Part shown: positions 45,133 to 55,244 of the stretch, one piece after another
Layout: each line of letters starts with the position of its first letter
Position numbering within the stretch: position 1 is the first letter of the stretch
Source: Gemmatimonadales bacterium
GTDB taxonomy: Bacteria; Gemmatimonadota; Gemmatimonadetes; Gemmatimonadales; GWC2-71-9
Direction of reading: 5' to 3'
Length of the DNA: 64,000 nt
Assembly (NCBI GenBank): GCA_037045245.1
Contig: JBAOHR010000009.1
Span: 75,241 to 139,240, forward strand
Notes under the pieces: generated by a model
Databases searched by the model: none
What the model was told of the DNA's origin: nothing
The model's input: only the letters and a program-made list of their open reading frames with translations
Position numbers and translations under genes: made by a program

Positions 45133-46350
45133 ATGTCCACCCGGATCCTGCATTGCGATCTCGACGCCTTCTTCGTCGAGGTCTGCCGCCGCCACGACCC
45201 CGCCCTCGAGGGCGTCGACCTGCTGATCGTCGGCGGCCGACGGCAGTCGCGCGGCGTGGTGCAATCGGCCTCGTACGGGGCGCGCGCGTTCGGCGTGCGG
45301 AGCGGCATGCCGATCGCCGAGGCCGCGCGGCGCTGCCCGGGGGCGACGTTCGTAAAGGGGGAGTTCGCGTGGTACAAGGAGGCGTCGCGCGCGGTGCGCG
45401 CCGTCCTCGAGCGGCATGCCCCGCTGGTCGTGATGACCGGAATGGACGAGGGCTACCTCGACTTCACCGGCACCGACCTCCTGCATCCGGTCTCGCTGCT
45501 GGATGTCGCGACCCAGATCCGCCGCGACGTCCGCGCCGACGCGAACCTCGACTGCTCGATCGGCATCGGCCCGAACCGGATGCTCGCGAAACTCGCATCC
45601 GACTACGCCAAGCCGCGCGGCATCTGCGAGGTGCGTGGTGGCTGGGAGCGCGGCTTCCTCGCGGGATTGCCGTTGAAGGCGTTGCCGGGGATCGGCCCCA
45701 AGACCGCGGATCGGCTGGCGGCGCGCGGCCTCAACGACGTGGCGCAAGTGCAGGTGATGCCGCTGGACGAGCTCGGCGCGCTGCTCGGACGCGAGGAGGC
45801 GATCGCGCTCAAGAGACGCGCCGACGGCGCCGGCGGCAGCATCGTCCGCGCGTCCGGGCCGCCGAAGTCGATTTCGCGCGAGACCACCTTTCCGCGCGAC
45901 GTCACCGACGCCGCAGCGCTCGACCGCATGCTCCACCTGCTGACCGCACGCGTCGCGGGTCAACTGCGAGACGAAGCGCTGCAGGCCGGGGCGGTCGTGC
46001 TCAAGCTGCGCCACAGCGACTTCACCACGGTGACGCGACGGACCACGCTCACCTCGCCGACCGCCATCGATGGCGAACTGATGGCGGCGGCGCGGCGGCT
46101 GCTCACGCCGGCCCTCGCCACCGCGCGCGGGAAGCGGCAGGGCGTCCGCCTGCTCGGGATCGCCGCCACCGCCCTCGGACAGGCCGAGGCGCCGGACCTC
46201 TTCGAGCCCGAGGCACGCGGCAAGGCGCGCGAGGTGTCGCGGGCCGTCGACGCGGTGCGGGCGCGGTTCGGCTTCGAGGCGATGCAGGCCGCCCGGCTCG
46301 TGGGCCGCCCCGACCCGCGGCGCGCCGAGCCCGACGGGGACGCCGACTAG
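45133..46350 (+). CDS. dinB: DNA polymerase IV (Y-family translesion polymerase)
   Basis: Intact 405-aa ORF: MSTRILHCDLDAFFVEVCRRHDP...VVQSASYGARAFGVRSGMPIAEAARRCP...MDEGYLDFTG...IGIGPNRMLAKLASDYAKP...LPGIGPKTADRL. Confidence 0.92.
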   Translation: MSTRILHCDLDAFFVEVCRRHDPALEGVDLLIVGGRRQSRGVVQSASYGARAFGVRSGMPIAEAARRCPGATFVKGEFAWYKEASRAVRAVLERHAPLVVMTGMDEGYLDFTGTDLLHPVSLLDVATQIRRDVRADANLDCSIGIGPNRMLAKLASDYAKPRGICEVRGGWERGFLAGLPLKALPGIGPKTADRLAARGLNDVAQVQVMPLDELGALLGREEAIALKRRADGAGGSIVRASGPPKSISRETTFPRDVTDAAALDRMLHLLTARVAGQLRDEALQAGAVVLKLRHSDFTTVTRRTTLTSPTAIDGELMAAARRLLTPALATARGKRQGVRLLGIAATALGQAEAPDLFEPEARGKAREVSRAVDAVRARFGFEAMQAARLVGRPDPRRAEPDGDAD

Positions 46351-46384
46351 ATTTCCGGCCGGACACTTCTTTCTGGAGTACTGC

Positions 46385-46771
46385 ATGGCGACCGCCGAAG
46401 GCCGCACCATTCCATTCACGGGACCCGAGGCCATCGATGTGGCCGTCCTCGAGACCTTTCCGTATCAGGGCCCCGATCAGCAGATCGTGACCACCACCGA
46501 CGAGTTCTCGGCGGTCTGTCCGTTCAGTGGGCTGCCGGATATCGCGAAGCTCACGCTCGAATACGTGCCCAGCGATGCCTGCATCGAGCTCAAGAGCCTC
46601 AAGTACTACATGATGAGCTATCGCAATGTGGGGATCTTCCAGGAGCACGCCACCGCGCGCTTCGCCGAAGACCTGCAGCGCGTGCTCAAGGCGAAGCGCC
46701 TCTCGGTCACGACCGTCTACAACGTCCGCGGCGGCTTCCTCACGACCTGCACGGTGGCGCTCCCGGCGTAA
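46385..46771 (+). CDS. queF: NADPH-dependent 7-cyano-7-deazaguanine (preQ0) reductase, unimodular type
   Basis: Intact 128-aa ORF: ...TTTDEFSAVCPFSGLPDIAKLTLEYVPSDACIELKSLKYYMMSYRNVGIFQEHATARFAEDL. It carries the catalytic Cys and the QueF motif E(S/L)K(S/A)hK(L/Y)(Y/F/W). Confidence 0.9.
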   Translation: MATAEGRTIPFTGPEAIDVAVLETFPYQGPDQQIVTTTDEFSAVCPFSGLPDIAKLTLEYVPSDACIELKSLKYYMMSYRNVGIFQEHATARFAEDLQRVLKAKRLSVTTVYNVRGGFLTTCTVALPA

Positions 46772-46873
46772 GCTGGCCGCTTGCCGGTTCCGGTACCGGG
46801 CTGCATCCTCAACGTGGCGTCATTCCCACGTCCTGCTCCGTGACGCCACCCCCGGACCGGAGAGCTCCCCACG

Positions 46874-47332
46874 ATGCGTACTCCCCTGCTCTGCACCATC
46901 CTCCTGGCGGCCTGCGCGGGCGGCGAGAAGGCCCCCGCGACTGGCGACTCGACCCCACCCGCTGCCCCGGCGCCACCGCCGGCGCTGACCGCAGCCCAGG
47001 TGACCGGCAGCTGGAGCGGCACCTCCAAGCTGGCCGGGACCGACTCGGTGGTCAGCACGTGGACCGCCACCACGACCAGTGACAGCACCGGCGTCTTCGC
47101 CGAGCCGGGGCAGAAGGACGTCAAGTACACGACGGTTCTCTCGGGCGACAGCATGATCGTGACCTCCGAGCCCCACGTGGCCCCGATGATGGGAAAAGCG
47201 AAGGTCATGTGGGTGTCTGTTGGCCGGCTCGATGCCAGCGGGGCCCTCGTGGGCACCGGCGTGACGATGCTGGCCGAGAAGCACGACTCGGTGCTCGGAC
47301 GCGTTACCTGGTCGGCGACCAAGAAGCCCTGA
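46874..47332 (+). CDS. Small lipoprotein, unknown function
   Basis: Intact 152-aa ORF with a lipobox (LLCTILLAACAGG) and a Pro/Ala linker. I recognise no domain. Confidence 0.6.
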   Translation: MRTPLLCTILLAACAGGEKAPATGDSTPPAAPAPPPALTAAQVTGSWSGTSKLAGTDSVVSTWTATTTSDSTGVFAEPGQKDVKYTTVLSGDSMIVTSEPHVAPMMGKAKVMWVSVGRLDASGALVGTGVTMLAEKHDSVLGRVTWSATKKP

Positions 47333-47348
47333 AGCATTCTGGAACGTG

Positions 47349-47389
47349 AACGGCGGCCCCCCACTCCGATGAGTGGGGGCCGCCGTTTT
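47349..47389 (+). terminator. Rho-independent terminator
   Basis: AACGGCGGCCCCCCACT ccgatg AGTGGGGGCCGCCGTT followed by TTTG: a 16-bp GC-rich stem (one bulged C) with a short U tract, 17 nt after the lipoprotein stop. The left flank (GGAACGTGAACGG) resembles the GTGAACG heptads at 55245. Confidence 0.8.
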
Positions 47390-47432
47390 GTCAGGCGCTG
47401 GACGCACGATTCTTGCGAATGCAGGCGGCGTC

Positions 47433-49394
47433 ATGGCCCTCTCCCCCGAATTCATCGCCCTCCAGGAATCCCTCCTCGGCCGCTATTCGCTCGAGCGCGA
47501 GCTCGGTCGGGGCGGCATGGGGACGGTCTATCTGGCGCGAGACGTGAAGCTCGACCGCCCCGTGGCCATCAAGTTCCTGCACGCCGAGCTCGCCGCTGAC
47601 ACCGCGGCCCGCTCCCGCTTCCTGCACGAGGCCCGGACCGCCGCGCGGCTCGCCCACCCCCATGTCGTGCCGATCTTCGCCGTCGAGGCCGAGGGATCCC
47701 GACCGTTCCTGGTGATGGCGCTGATCGATGGCGAGACGCTGGGGGCCCGACTCCGCCGGCGCGGGGCACTCGGCCCCGACGAGGGGGAGCGGTTGCTGCG
47801 CGAGATGGCGTGGGCTCTCGGCTATGCGCACGCGCAGGGTGTCATCCACCGCGACCTCACGCTCGAGAACGTCCTCATCGAGCGCGACTCGGGGCGGGTG
47901 CTACTGGCCGACTTCGGCCTCGCGACCGCGCGCGAGACGGTCGAGTCGCAGCCGCGGTTCGGCACGCCGGGCTACCTGGCCCCTGAAGTGATTCGCGGCG
48001 AACCGGCAACGACCTCGAGCGATCTCTACGCCCTCGGCGTGGTGACCTGGCACGCGCTCGCCGGACGGGCACCGTTCGAGGCCGACACCGCCGGCGCGCT
48101 CCTCGCCAAGCACCTCGTGCAGCAGGCGCCATCGCTCGCGCCGCTGGCGCGCGGTGCCTCGCGACGGCTGGTCGCTGCGGTGGAGCAGTGCCTGGCGAAG
48201 GACGCCGAGGCTCGACCCGCCGACGCCGCGGCATTGCTCGCCCTGCTCGAGCGCGCGCCGGAACCGGTGGCGATCGCACCGGCATTGCGGCACTGGTTCA
48301 CCCGATGGGAACGGTTCCGGCCCGTCTACGCGCTGGCCACCCCGATCCTCGCGCTGCAGACCTGGCTGCTCTTCCTCAGCGCATCAGAGTTTGCGTCGCG
48401 AAGTCTGCTCGTCGCCGCGGTCGTCTCGGCGGTACTCACCGTGACGGCCATTCCGCTGCTGGCGCACCTCGCCTTCGAGACCCTCGCCCTGCGCGAGTTG
48501 CACCGCGTCGGCTTCGGCATCGCCGACATCCGCGCGGCGTATCCGCACTGGCGTGACACGCTCCTGCGCGAGCGCCGGCAGGAGGGACTTCCGCCGCTCC
48601 CCGGGCGCGTCGTCCTCGACCTTACCGTGATCGGTGCCGTGGTGCTCGCGCTCTTCATGTTCGTCTGGTACCCCAACGCCGACCGCTGGTATGATGCCAA
48701 CGGACATGCGTTCTATATCAAGAACCTCCTGATCGAGACGTCGACCAGCCTCTACCCAGCCGTCCTGATCGGCGTCGGGATCGGCTTCGCCTCACCCGGC
48801 TTCCGGATCGCGCCGAACGGCCGCTTCCGCCAGCTGGTCGAGCGCTTCTGGCAGTCGCGCCTCGCGGCCGGGATCACGAAGCTCGCGTCGCTGTGGCAGC
48901 CGCAGCGTGTCCTCGCCGCGTCGACGCTCCATCGCAACACCGAACTCGTCCTCGGGCTCGCGGTCGACGATCTCTGGCACGCCATCCCCGCCGCGCTCCG
49001 CGAGGGACTCGGCGATGTCCCCGCCCTGGCGCACACGCTGCAGGCGAGTGCCGGGGAGCTGCGCGACATTGCCGACCACCTCCGCGAGAGCGAGCGCGAT
49101 ACCGACCACGACGAGGCAGAGCAGCGGCGACTGATCGCGTCGCGCGAAGCGGTGGAATCGCGGCATCGCGAGGCAGTCGCCACGCTCGAGCGGTTGCGCC
49201 TGCAACTGCTCCGGCTCGTGGCCTCGAAGGAGCAGAGCCAGGAACTCACCGCCCACCTCGCGGGCGCGCGTGCCCTGGAGCAGTCGCTGCTGGTCGACCT
49301 CGCCGCGCACAACGAAGTGCGGGTGCTGCTCGGCCGCCCGGTGCGCCGCCCTGACACCGGCTCGAGCCCGACGCCGACCCCCAGGGCCGCGTGA
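47433..49394 (+). CDS. Membrane Ser/Thr protein kinase, paralogue 1 (Hanks-type kinase + about 4 TM + conserved unknown C-terminal helical domain)
   Basis: ORF 47373..49394, with the start moved to ATG 47433 because the upstream part lies inside the terminator. Kinase motifs: LGRGGMGTVYLA, VAIKFL, HEARTAA, HRDLTLENVLI, LADFGLA, GYLAPEV, DLYALGVV. TM helices follow (ALATPILALQTWLLFL, LVAAVVSAVLTVTAIPLLA, VLDLTVIGAVVLALFMFVW, LYPAVLIGVGIGF). The C-terminal blocks are LHRNTELVLGLAVDDLWHAIP and LERLRLQLLRL. Confidence 0.88.
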   Translation: MALSPEFIALQESLLGRYSLERELGRGGMGTVYLARDVKLDRPVAIKFLHAELAADTAARSRFLHEARTAARLAHPHVVPIFAVEAEGSRPFLVMALIDGETLGARLRRRGALGPDEGERLLREMAWALGYAHAQGVIHRDLTLENVLIERDSGRVLLADFGLATARETVESQPRFGTPGYLAPEVIRGEPATTSSDLYALGVVTWHALAGRAPFEADTAGALLAKHLVQQAPSLAPLARGASRRLVAAVEQCLAKDAEARPADAAALLALLERAPEPVAIAPALRHWFTRWERFRPVYALATPILALQTWLLFLSASEFASRSLLVAAVVSAVLTVTAIPLLAHLAFETLALRELHRVGFGIADIRAAYPHWRDTLLRERRQEGLPPLPGRVVLDLTVIGAVVLALFMFVWYPNADRWYDANGHAFYIKNLLIETSTSLYPAVLIGVGIGFASPGFRIAPNGRFRQLVERFWQSRLAAGITKLASLWQPQRVLAASTLHRNTELVLGLAVDDLWHAIPAALREGLGDVPALAHTLQASAGELRDIADHLRESERDTDHDEAEQRRLIASREAVESRHREAVATLERLRLQLLRLVASKEQSQELTAHLAGARALEQSLLVDLAAHNEVRVLLGRPVRRPDTGSSPTPTPRAA

Positions 49395-51340
49395 CGACTC
49401 CCGCCGACGACACGCGCGCGTTCGAGCGGCTGCAGGAGTCGCTGGCCGGCACCTGGTCGATCGAGCGGGAGCTCGGCCGCGGCGGCATGGGCACGGTCTA
49501 TCTGGCTCGCGACGTGGCGCTCGACCGGCCGGTCGCGCTGAAGGTGCTGCACCCTTTACTGGCGGCTGATCCGGAGCAGCGCGAGCGTTTCCTCCGCGAG
49601 GCGCGCACCGGGGCCAGGCTCTCGCATCCGCACATCGTCCCGATCTATGCCGTCGAGGCGCACGACGACCTCGTCTACTTCGTGATGGGACTGATCGATG
49701 GCGAAAGCGTCGGCGATCGACTCCGCCGCGAGGGACCGTTGCGCGGCGAGGACGCCGAACGGATCCTGCGCGAGGTCGCCTGGGCGCTTGCGTATGCCCA
49801 CGCGATGGGGATCGTCCACCGCGACGTCACCATCGAGAACATCCTGCTCGAGCGGCAGACCGGCCGGGCCGTCCTCGCCGACTTCGGCATCGCCGCCGCC
49901 GTCGATCGTGACGGCGAGGAGCCGTTGCTCGGCACGCCATCGTACATCGCCCCCGAGGTGATCCAGGGCGCCCAGGCCACCGCCGCGAGCGACCTCTACG
50001 CGCTCGGCATCACCGGCTGGACGATGCTGGTCGGGCACACGCCGTTCATGGCCGACGACACGCCGGCGCTGCTCCTCAAGCAGCTGACCGAGCCGGTACC
50101 GCCGCTGGTCCGCGCGGCGCCGGGTACGTCTTCACGACTCGCGCGCGCACTCGAGGCGGCAATGGCGAAGGACCCCGCCGAACGCCCGGATGGCGCCCAG
50201 GGGTACCTCGCGCTGCTTGCCGGCGACGGGGAGAGCGTGGCGCTGGCCGAGCCACTCCGCCGCTGGCTGAACCGCTTCGAACTCGTCCGTCCGTTCTACG
50301 CCCTCGGGATGACGGTGATGGCGTTCACGACGTTCATGGCAATCGGAATCCGCCTGAATTCTGAGGCCCTCGCGGCTCCTTTCATCGCAATTGCCATTCT
50401 CGCGAGTCCGGTCCTCGTCTCCCTCGGCCTCATCCACTTGGGAATCGAACTGACGGCATTGCGGCGCCTCGCCCGCGCTGGCTACACGCACGGCGACCTG
50501 GTGCAAGCGGTGCAGCGGGCGCGGCAGGCCGCCCAGCGCGTCGGCCCACGTCGCCCCTCGTTGCTCGGTCGCGTCGTCCATGACATCGCCTGCCTCGGCG
50601 GCATCATCACCGTGCTGCTGATGGCCGGGCTGGCCGAGCTGCTGCTCCCCTACTCGCCGGACCGCCAGGGCTGGCGTCACCTCGGACAGTTCCTCCATCT
50701 CCTGCAGACCACCAGCCAGTACGCCTATCTCGTCTTCCTGTCAGGCCTCGGCTTCAACTTCCTGGTCCCCGCCTTTCACTTCAAACCCAATGGGCTCTGG
50801 GCCAGGCTTCGTGACGGCTTCTGGCGCTCGGCGCTGGGCGCCGGGATGCTCAAGCTGGCCTCGTTCGGGCTCGGCAAGTCCGAGGCGACCGACCGCACCT
50901 TGCACCGCCCCACCGAGCTGGTGCTCGACCTCGCGATCGAGGAGATGTGGCGGGCGCTGCCGCCAAGCGCGCGCGAAGGGACGTCGGACCTCCCGAAGAT
51001 CGCGCGCGCACTGAGCGACCGCGTGGCCGAGGCGCGCGAGCTGCGCGCCGCGTTGCAGGGGCCGCGGGTGCGCCGCTCGGCCGAGGCCGATGCGCTCGAT
51101 GCACGCCTCGCGACGAGGCAGGAACGTGCCGTGATCGCACTCGAGCGACTGCGCATGGTGCTCGGCCGGGTCGGTGGCGCAGCCGCGATGAGCGGAGAGC
51201 TCACCGCTAAGCTGCACGACGCCCGTGCCCTGGAGCAGGAGCTGCTGCTCGAACTCGGTGCCCATGCGGAGGTCAAGCGGCTGCTGCGGCAAGGGCGGGC
51301 GCCGAGCAAGAGCCTCACGCCGAAGGCGACGCCGGCGTGA
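49391..51340 (+). CDS. Membrane Ser/Thr protein kinase, paralogue 2
   Basis: Intact 649-aa ORF. The GTG start overlaps the paralogue 1 stop (GTGA). The layout is the same: LGRGGMGTVYLA, VALKVL, HRDVTIENILL, LADFGIA, SYIAPEV, TM region, LHRPTELVLDLAIEEMWRALP, LERLRMVL, LTAKLHDARALEQELLLELGAHAEVKRLL. Confidence 0.88.
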   Translation: MTTPADDTRAFERLQESLAGTWSIERELGRGGMGTVYLARDVALDRPVALKVLHPLLAADPEQRERFLREARTGARLSHPHIVPIYAVEAHDDLVYFVMGLIDGESVGDRLRREGPLRGEDAERILREVAWALAYAHAMGIVHRDVTIENILLERQTGRAVLADFGIAAAVDRDGEEPLLGTPSYIAPEVIQGAQATAASDLYALGITGWTMLVGHTPFMADDTPALLLKQLTEPVPPLVRAAPGTSSRLARALEAAMAKDPAERPDGAQGYLALLAGDGESVALAEPLRRWLNRFELVRPFYALGMTVMAFTTFMAIGIRLNSEALAAPFIAIAILASPVLVSLGLIHLGIELTALRRLARAGYTHGDLVQAVQRARQAAQRVGPRRPSLLGRVVHDIACLGGIITVLLMAGLAELLLPYSPDRQGWRHLGQFLHLLQTTSQYAYLVFLSGLGFNFLVPAFHFKPNGLWARLRDGFWRSALGAGMLKLASFGLGKSEATDRTLHRPTELVLDLAIEEMWRALPPSAREGTSDLPKIARALSDRVAEARELRAALQGPRVRRSAEADALDARLATRQERAVIALERLRMVLGRVGGAAAMSGELTAKLHDARALEQELLLELGAHAEVKRLLRQGRAPSKSLTPKATPA

Positions 51341-53328
51341 CGGCGCGCGCCGAATTCATCGCGCTGCAGCAGGCGCTCCTCGGCCGCTACTCGCTCGAGC
51401 GGGAGCTTGGCCGCGGCGGGATGGGGACGGTCTACCTGGCGCGCGACCTCCGCCTCGAGCGACCGGTCGCGATCAAGGCACTGCACCCGGCACTCGCCGC
51501 CGACCCCGAGGCGTGCGCGCGCTTCCTGCGCGAGGCACGCACCGCCGCCGGGCTGGCCCACCCGCACATCGTGCCGATCTACTCCGTCGAGGAATCCGAC
51601 GCGGCACCGCTGCTGGTGATGGCCATGATCGATGGCGAGACGCTCGGCGCGAGGCTCCGGAGCCGCGGACCGCTCCCCGCCGACGACGCCGCGCGCGTCC
51701 TCCGCGAGATCGCCTGGGCGCTCGACCACGCCCACGCCCACGGCGTCGTGCACCGCGACCTCACGGTCGACAACATCCTGCTGGAGCGCCACACCGGCCG
51801 CGCGCTGCTCGGCGACTTCGGACTCGCCCAGCGCAGCGACACCATCGACGTGGGGCCGGTGTTCGGCACGCCGGGCTACCTGGCCCCCGAACTGATCCGT
51901 GGCGATGCGGCCACGCCGGCCAGCGATCTCTACGCCCTCGGCGTCGTCGGCTGGGCAACGCTTACCGGCAAGCTTCCCTTCGCGGGCGATGCCTCGGCGG
52001 TGCTTGCGAGGCACCTGATGCAACCCGCCCCGGCCCTGGCCCCGCTCGCGCACGGGGCGTCGCCGCGGCTGGTGGCGGGCATCATGCAGTGCCTGGCAAA
52101 GGACCCCGATGCGCGCCCTGCGAGTGCCACCGCGTTCCTCGGGCTCGCTCGAGCGCGCACCGGAGCCGATCGCGATTGCGGCACCGCTCCGAGGGGTGGT
52201 TCACTCGTTGGGAGCGGATCGCGCCGATCTACTCAATCGTCGACGCCGTTGCTCGCGCTTGCCAGACCTCGCTGCTGACCTACGCGCTACTACCGGACGG
52301 TGGACCAGCGCATTCTCGTCGCGATGATGGTCAGCACCGCGCTGTCGCTCTCTCTGCGATCCCCCTCGCCGCCCACCTGCTGTTCGAGTTCGTCGCAGCT
52401 CGCGGCGTCTTGCGCGGCCGAAGGATTCACGTTGGCGGACGTTCGGGCAGCGCTTCCCGCACTGGCGCGCCGACCGAGCGCCTCCTCCAGGAGCGGGAGG
52501 GGCTGCGACCGCTCGCGAGCCGGGTGATCCTCGACTTGACCGTGGTCTTCGCCATCACGATCCTGGTCGACATCCTCGATCATCGAGCCGAACATCGGCC
52601 TGCTTGAAGTCACGTCTCGGAGGCGGTCCGCACCTGGGTGCTCGGCCTCACCGGCTTCATGCCCGACGCTCTACCTCTTCACGATGATCGGCGTCGGCGT
52701 CGGCTTCGTCTCACCCGGCTTCCGGATTCCTGCGCAGGGGCGGGCGCGCCGGCTTCCTCGACCGGCTCTGGAGCTCGCTCGGTGGCCCAGCGCTTCGCCG
52801 GCGCTTGCCGGGCGAGGCCAGCGTACCCTCGCCGCGAACGCGTCGACGCTGCATCGCCCCACCGAAATGGTGCTCGGCCTGGCGGTCGACGATCTCTGGC
52901 GCGCCATCCCCGAGGCCCTCCGCGCCGACCTCGGCGACGTCCCGGCGCTGGCGCACACGCTCGAACAGGGCGCAACGGAGTTGCGCGGGCTGATCACGTC
53001 GCTGCAGGAGAGCGAGGCGAGCGATGGCGTCGCGGATGCCGATCGCGCGGCGATCGTCGAGACGCGCCTCGGCCTCGAGAGCGCGGCACCGCGAGACGAT
53101 CGCCACCCTCGGAGCGGGTGCGGCTGCAACTGCTGCGGCTGCTCGCCGACCGCCAGCAAACGGGCGCGCTCACGCAGCAACTCGAGGCCGCGAGAGCCAT
53201 CGAGGCGTCGCTCCACCGCGACGTCGCGGGGCACGCCGAGGTGCGCCGGCTGCTGCATCGGCCGCGGCGTGCCTGCCGCCCCGGGGACGCCGACGCCCAC
53301 GCCGCCGTCGGAGCGCGCCGCCGCATGA
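51337..53328 (+). pseudogene. Membrane Ser/Thr protein kinase, paralogue 3; reading frame broken at least 7 times as written
   Basis: The kinase domain is intact in ORF 51337..52278 up to ...ASATAFLGL. After that the homologous sequence hops between frames. ERAPEPIAIAAPLRG lies in ORF 52109. WFTRWERIAPIYS...AIPLAAHLLFEF...LASRVILDLTVVFAITILV lies in ORF 51225..52607. AEGFTLADVRAALP lies in ORF 52300. GVGVGFVSPGFRI...LHRPTEMVLGLAVDDLWRAIP lies in ORF 52684. ERVRLQLLRLLADRQQTGALTQQLEAARAIEASL lies in ORF 52638. The tail ...TPTPTPPSERAAA is back in ORF 52684. The stop overlaps the paralogue 4 start (ATGA). Confidence 0.8.
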
Positions 53329-55239
53329 GCACCACCACCGCCCACGACGACGACTTCCTCGCGCTGCAGGATGCGCTGGCCGGGCAATGGTCGCTCGAGC
53401 GCGAGCTCGGGCGGGGCGGGATGGCGACGGTGTACCTGGCGCGCGACGTCTCGCTTGATCGACCGGTTGCTATCAAGGTGCTCGCCACCGAGCATGCGGC
53501 CGACCCGGCGATGCGGGCCCGCTTCGAACGCGAGGCGATCACCAGCGCGCGGTCTCTCGCACCCGCACATCGTGCCGACGTACGCGGTTGCCGAGGCGGC
53601 GGGGCGGCCGTACCTCGTGATGGGCTACATCGACGGCGAGTCGCTGGCGCAGCGGCTGCATCGCGCCGGGCCGTTGCCGGGTGCCGAGGGTGAGCGCGTC
53701 ATCCGGGAGGTCGCCTGGGCGCTCGGGCACGCGCATGCCACCGGCGTGCTGCATCGTGACGTCACGCTCGACAACATCCTGCTCGAACGGAGCACCGGCC
53801 GCGCGGTGCTGGTGGACTTCGGCATCGCCGCGCTGGTCGATGGCGACGGCGATGGCACCCTCCTCGGGACGCCGGCGTATCTGGCGCCCGGAAGTCATTC
53901 AGGGTGAGCCGGCGTCGCGGGCGAGTGACCTCTACGCCCTGGCCACGGTGGCGTGGGCCACCTTTGCCGGGCGGCTCCCCTACCATGGCGAGGACAGCGC
54001 CGCCGTGCTGCTCCAGCAGGTGACGGCCTCGGTGCCGTCGCTCGCGGCCGCGGCACCCGGGGTGCCCCGCCGGATCGTCGCGGCTATCGAGGGAGCGCTC
54101 GCCAAGGCTCCAGTGGAGCGCCCCACGACGGTGGAGGCGTGGATCGGTTCGTGGGAGGGGCATCAGGTGGCAGTGCCTCTCGCAGCGCCACTGGAGCGCT
54201 GGCGCGGGCATTGGAGGCAGGTACGGACGTTTTATGCATTCGCCGCGACGATTACCGCCATGTTCGGGGGAATGGCGGGTGGAGCCGGGGGTTACACCGA
54301 CAACATCGCCCTCTGGATGGCGTACCTACTCATGTTCGCGGTGCCGGGCTTAGTGGTGGCAGCAGCGATCCACGTCGCGATGGCCGCCAACCAGCTCCGA
54401 CGCCTTGCACGATCAGGGTTCGGCATTGAGGATCTTCGACTGACCCTCCGTCGTGCCGATCCGGAATCGTCGCGGACCCCCGTCCCACTGGTGGGCCGGC
54501 TCACCTCGGACGCGGTCGTGATCTCCCTGATTGTCTATCTCGCCATGGCCGTCCATGAGTCCGCCTGGAACCGGACTGGCGGTATGACTGGCTGATTCAG
54601 GACTTCTATCGTGAAGTGGCGAGGTGGGCCTTCGTCGGATTCTGGACGGGCCTTGGGCTCTCGGTGCTGACCCCGACCCGCCCGATGCTCCGCCCCGGCA
54701 CACGCGAGGGGATCCGGCGCGCATTCTGGAACTCCCCGCTCGGCGCGCTCTGGTTCGGCCTGGCGCGGGTCGGGCTCGGCAAGCGGATCGCCGCCGCCGA
54801 GACACTGCACCGCCCGACCGAGCTGGTGCTCGACCTCGCCATCGAGGAGCTGTGGCGCGCCCTGCCGGCCGGCGCGCGCCGGGAGGCGGCCGAGCTGCCG
54901 TCGGTGGCGCGGGACCTCCGCCGCCGGGTGGCCTCGTTGCGCGCCATTGCGGGCCACTTCGGCGACCCGAGTCGCGACTCGCCCGCCGAGGCGGCGCTGC
55001 GGGCGAAGGTGAGTGGGCGCATCACCGCCGCGCTCACGGCGCTCGAGCAGCTCCGGCTTCAGCTCCTGCGGCTCGACGACGCGACGCTGCCGACGGGGGC
55101 CCTCACCGCGCAGCTGCATGACGCCCGCGCGCTGGAGCGGGAGCTGCTGACGGACCTCGGCGCGCACCACGGGATCGGGCGGTTGCTGCGGCGCGGCCCG
55201 GTGCGGCGGTCGCCGGGGATGACGCCGACGCCGGCGTAG
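53325..55239 (+). pseudogene. Membrane Ser/Thr protein kinase, paralogue 4; frame broken at least 3 times as written
   Basis: The N-terminus lies in the frame of ORF 52638 (MSTTTAHDDDFLALQDALAGQWSLERELGRGGMATVYLARDVSLDRPVAIKVL). ORF 53371 follows (LSHPHIVPTYAV...HRDVTLDNILLERSTGRAVLVDFGIA...TPAYLAP), then ORF 53681 (EVIQGEPASRASDLYALATVAW...TM region). ORF 54616 carries the rest (ARWAFVGFWTGLG...LHRPTELVLDLAIEELWRALP...LEQLRLQLLRL...LTAQLHDARALERELLTDLGAHHGIGRLL...TPTPA). Breaks are near 53555, 53890 and 54570. Confidence 0.8.
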
Positions 55240-55244
55240 GAACT

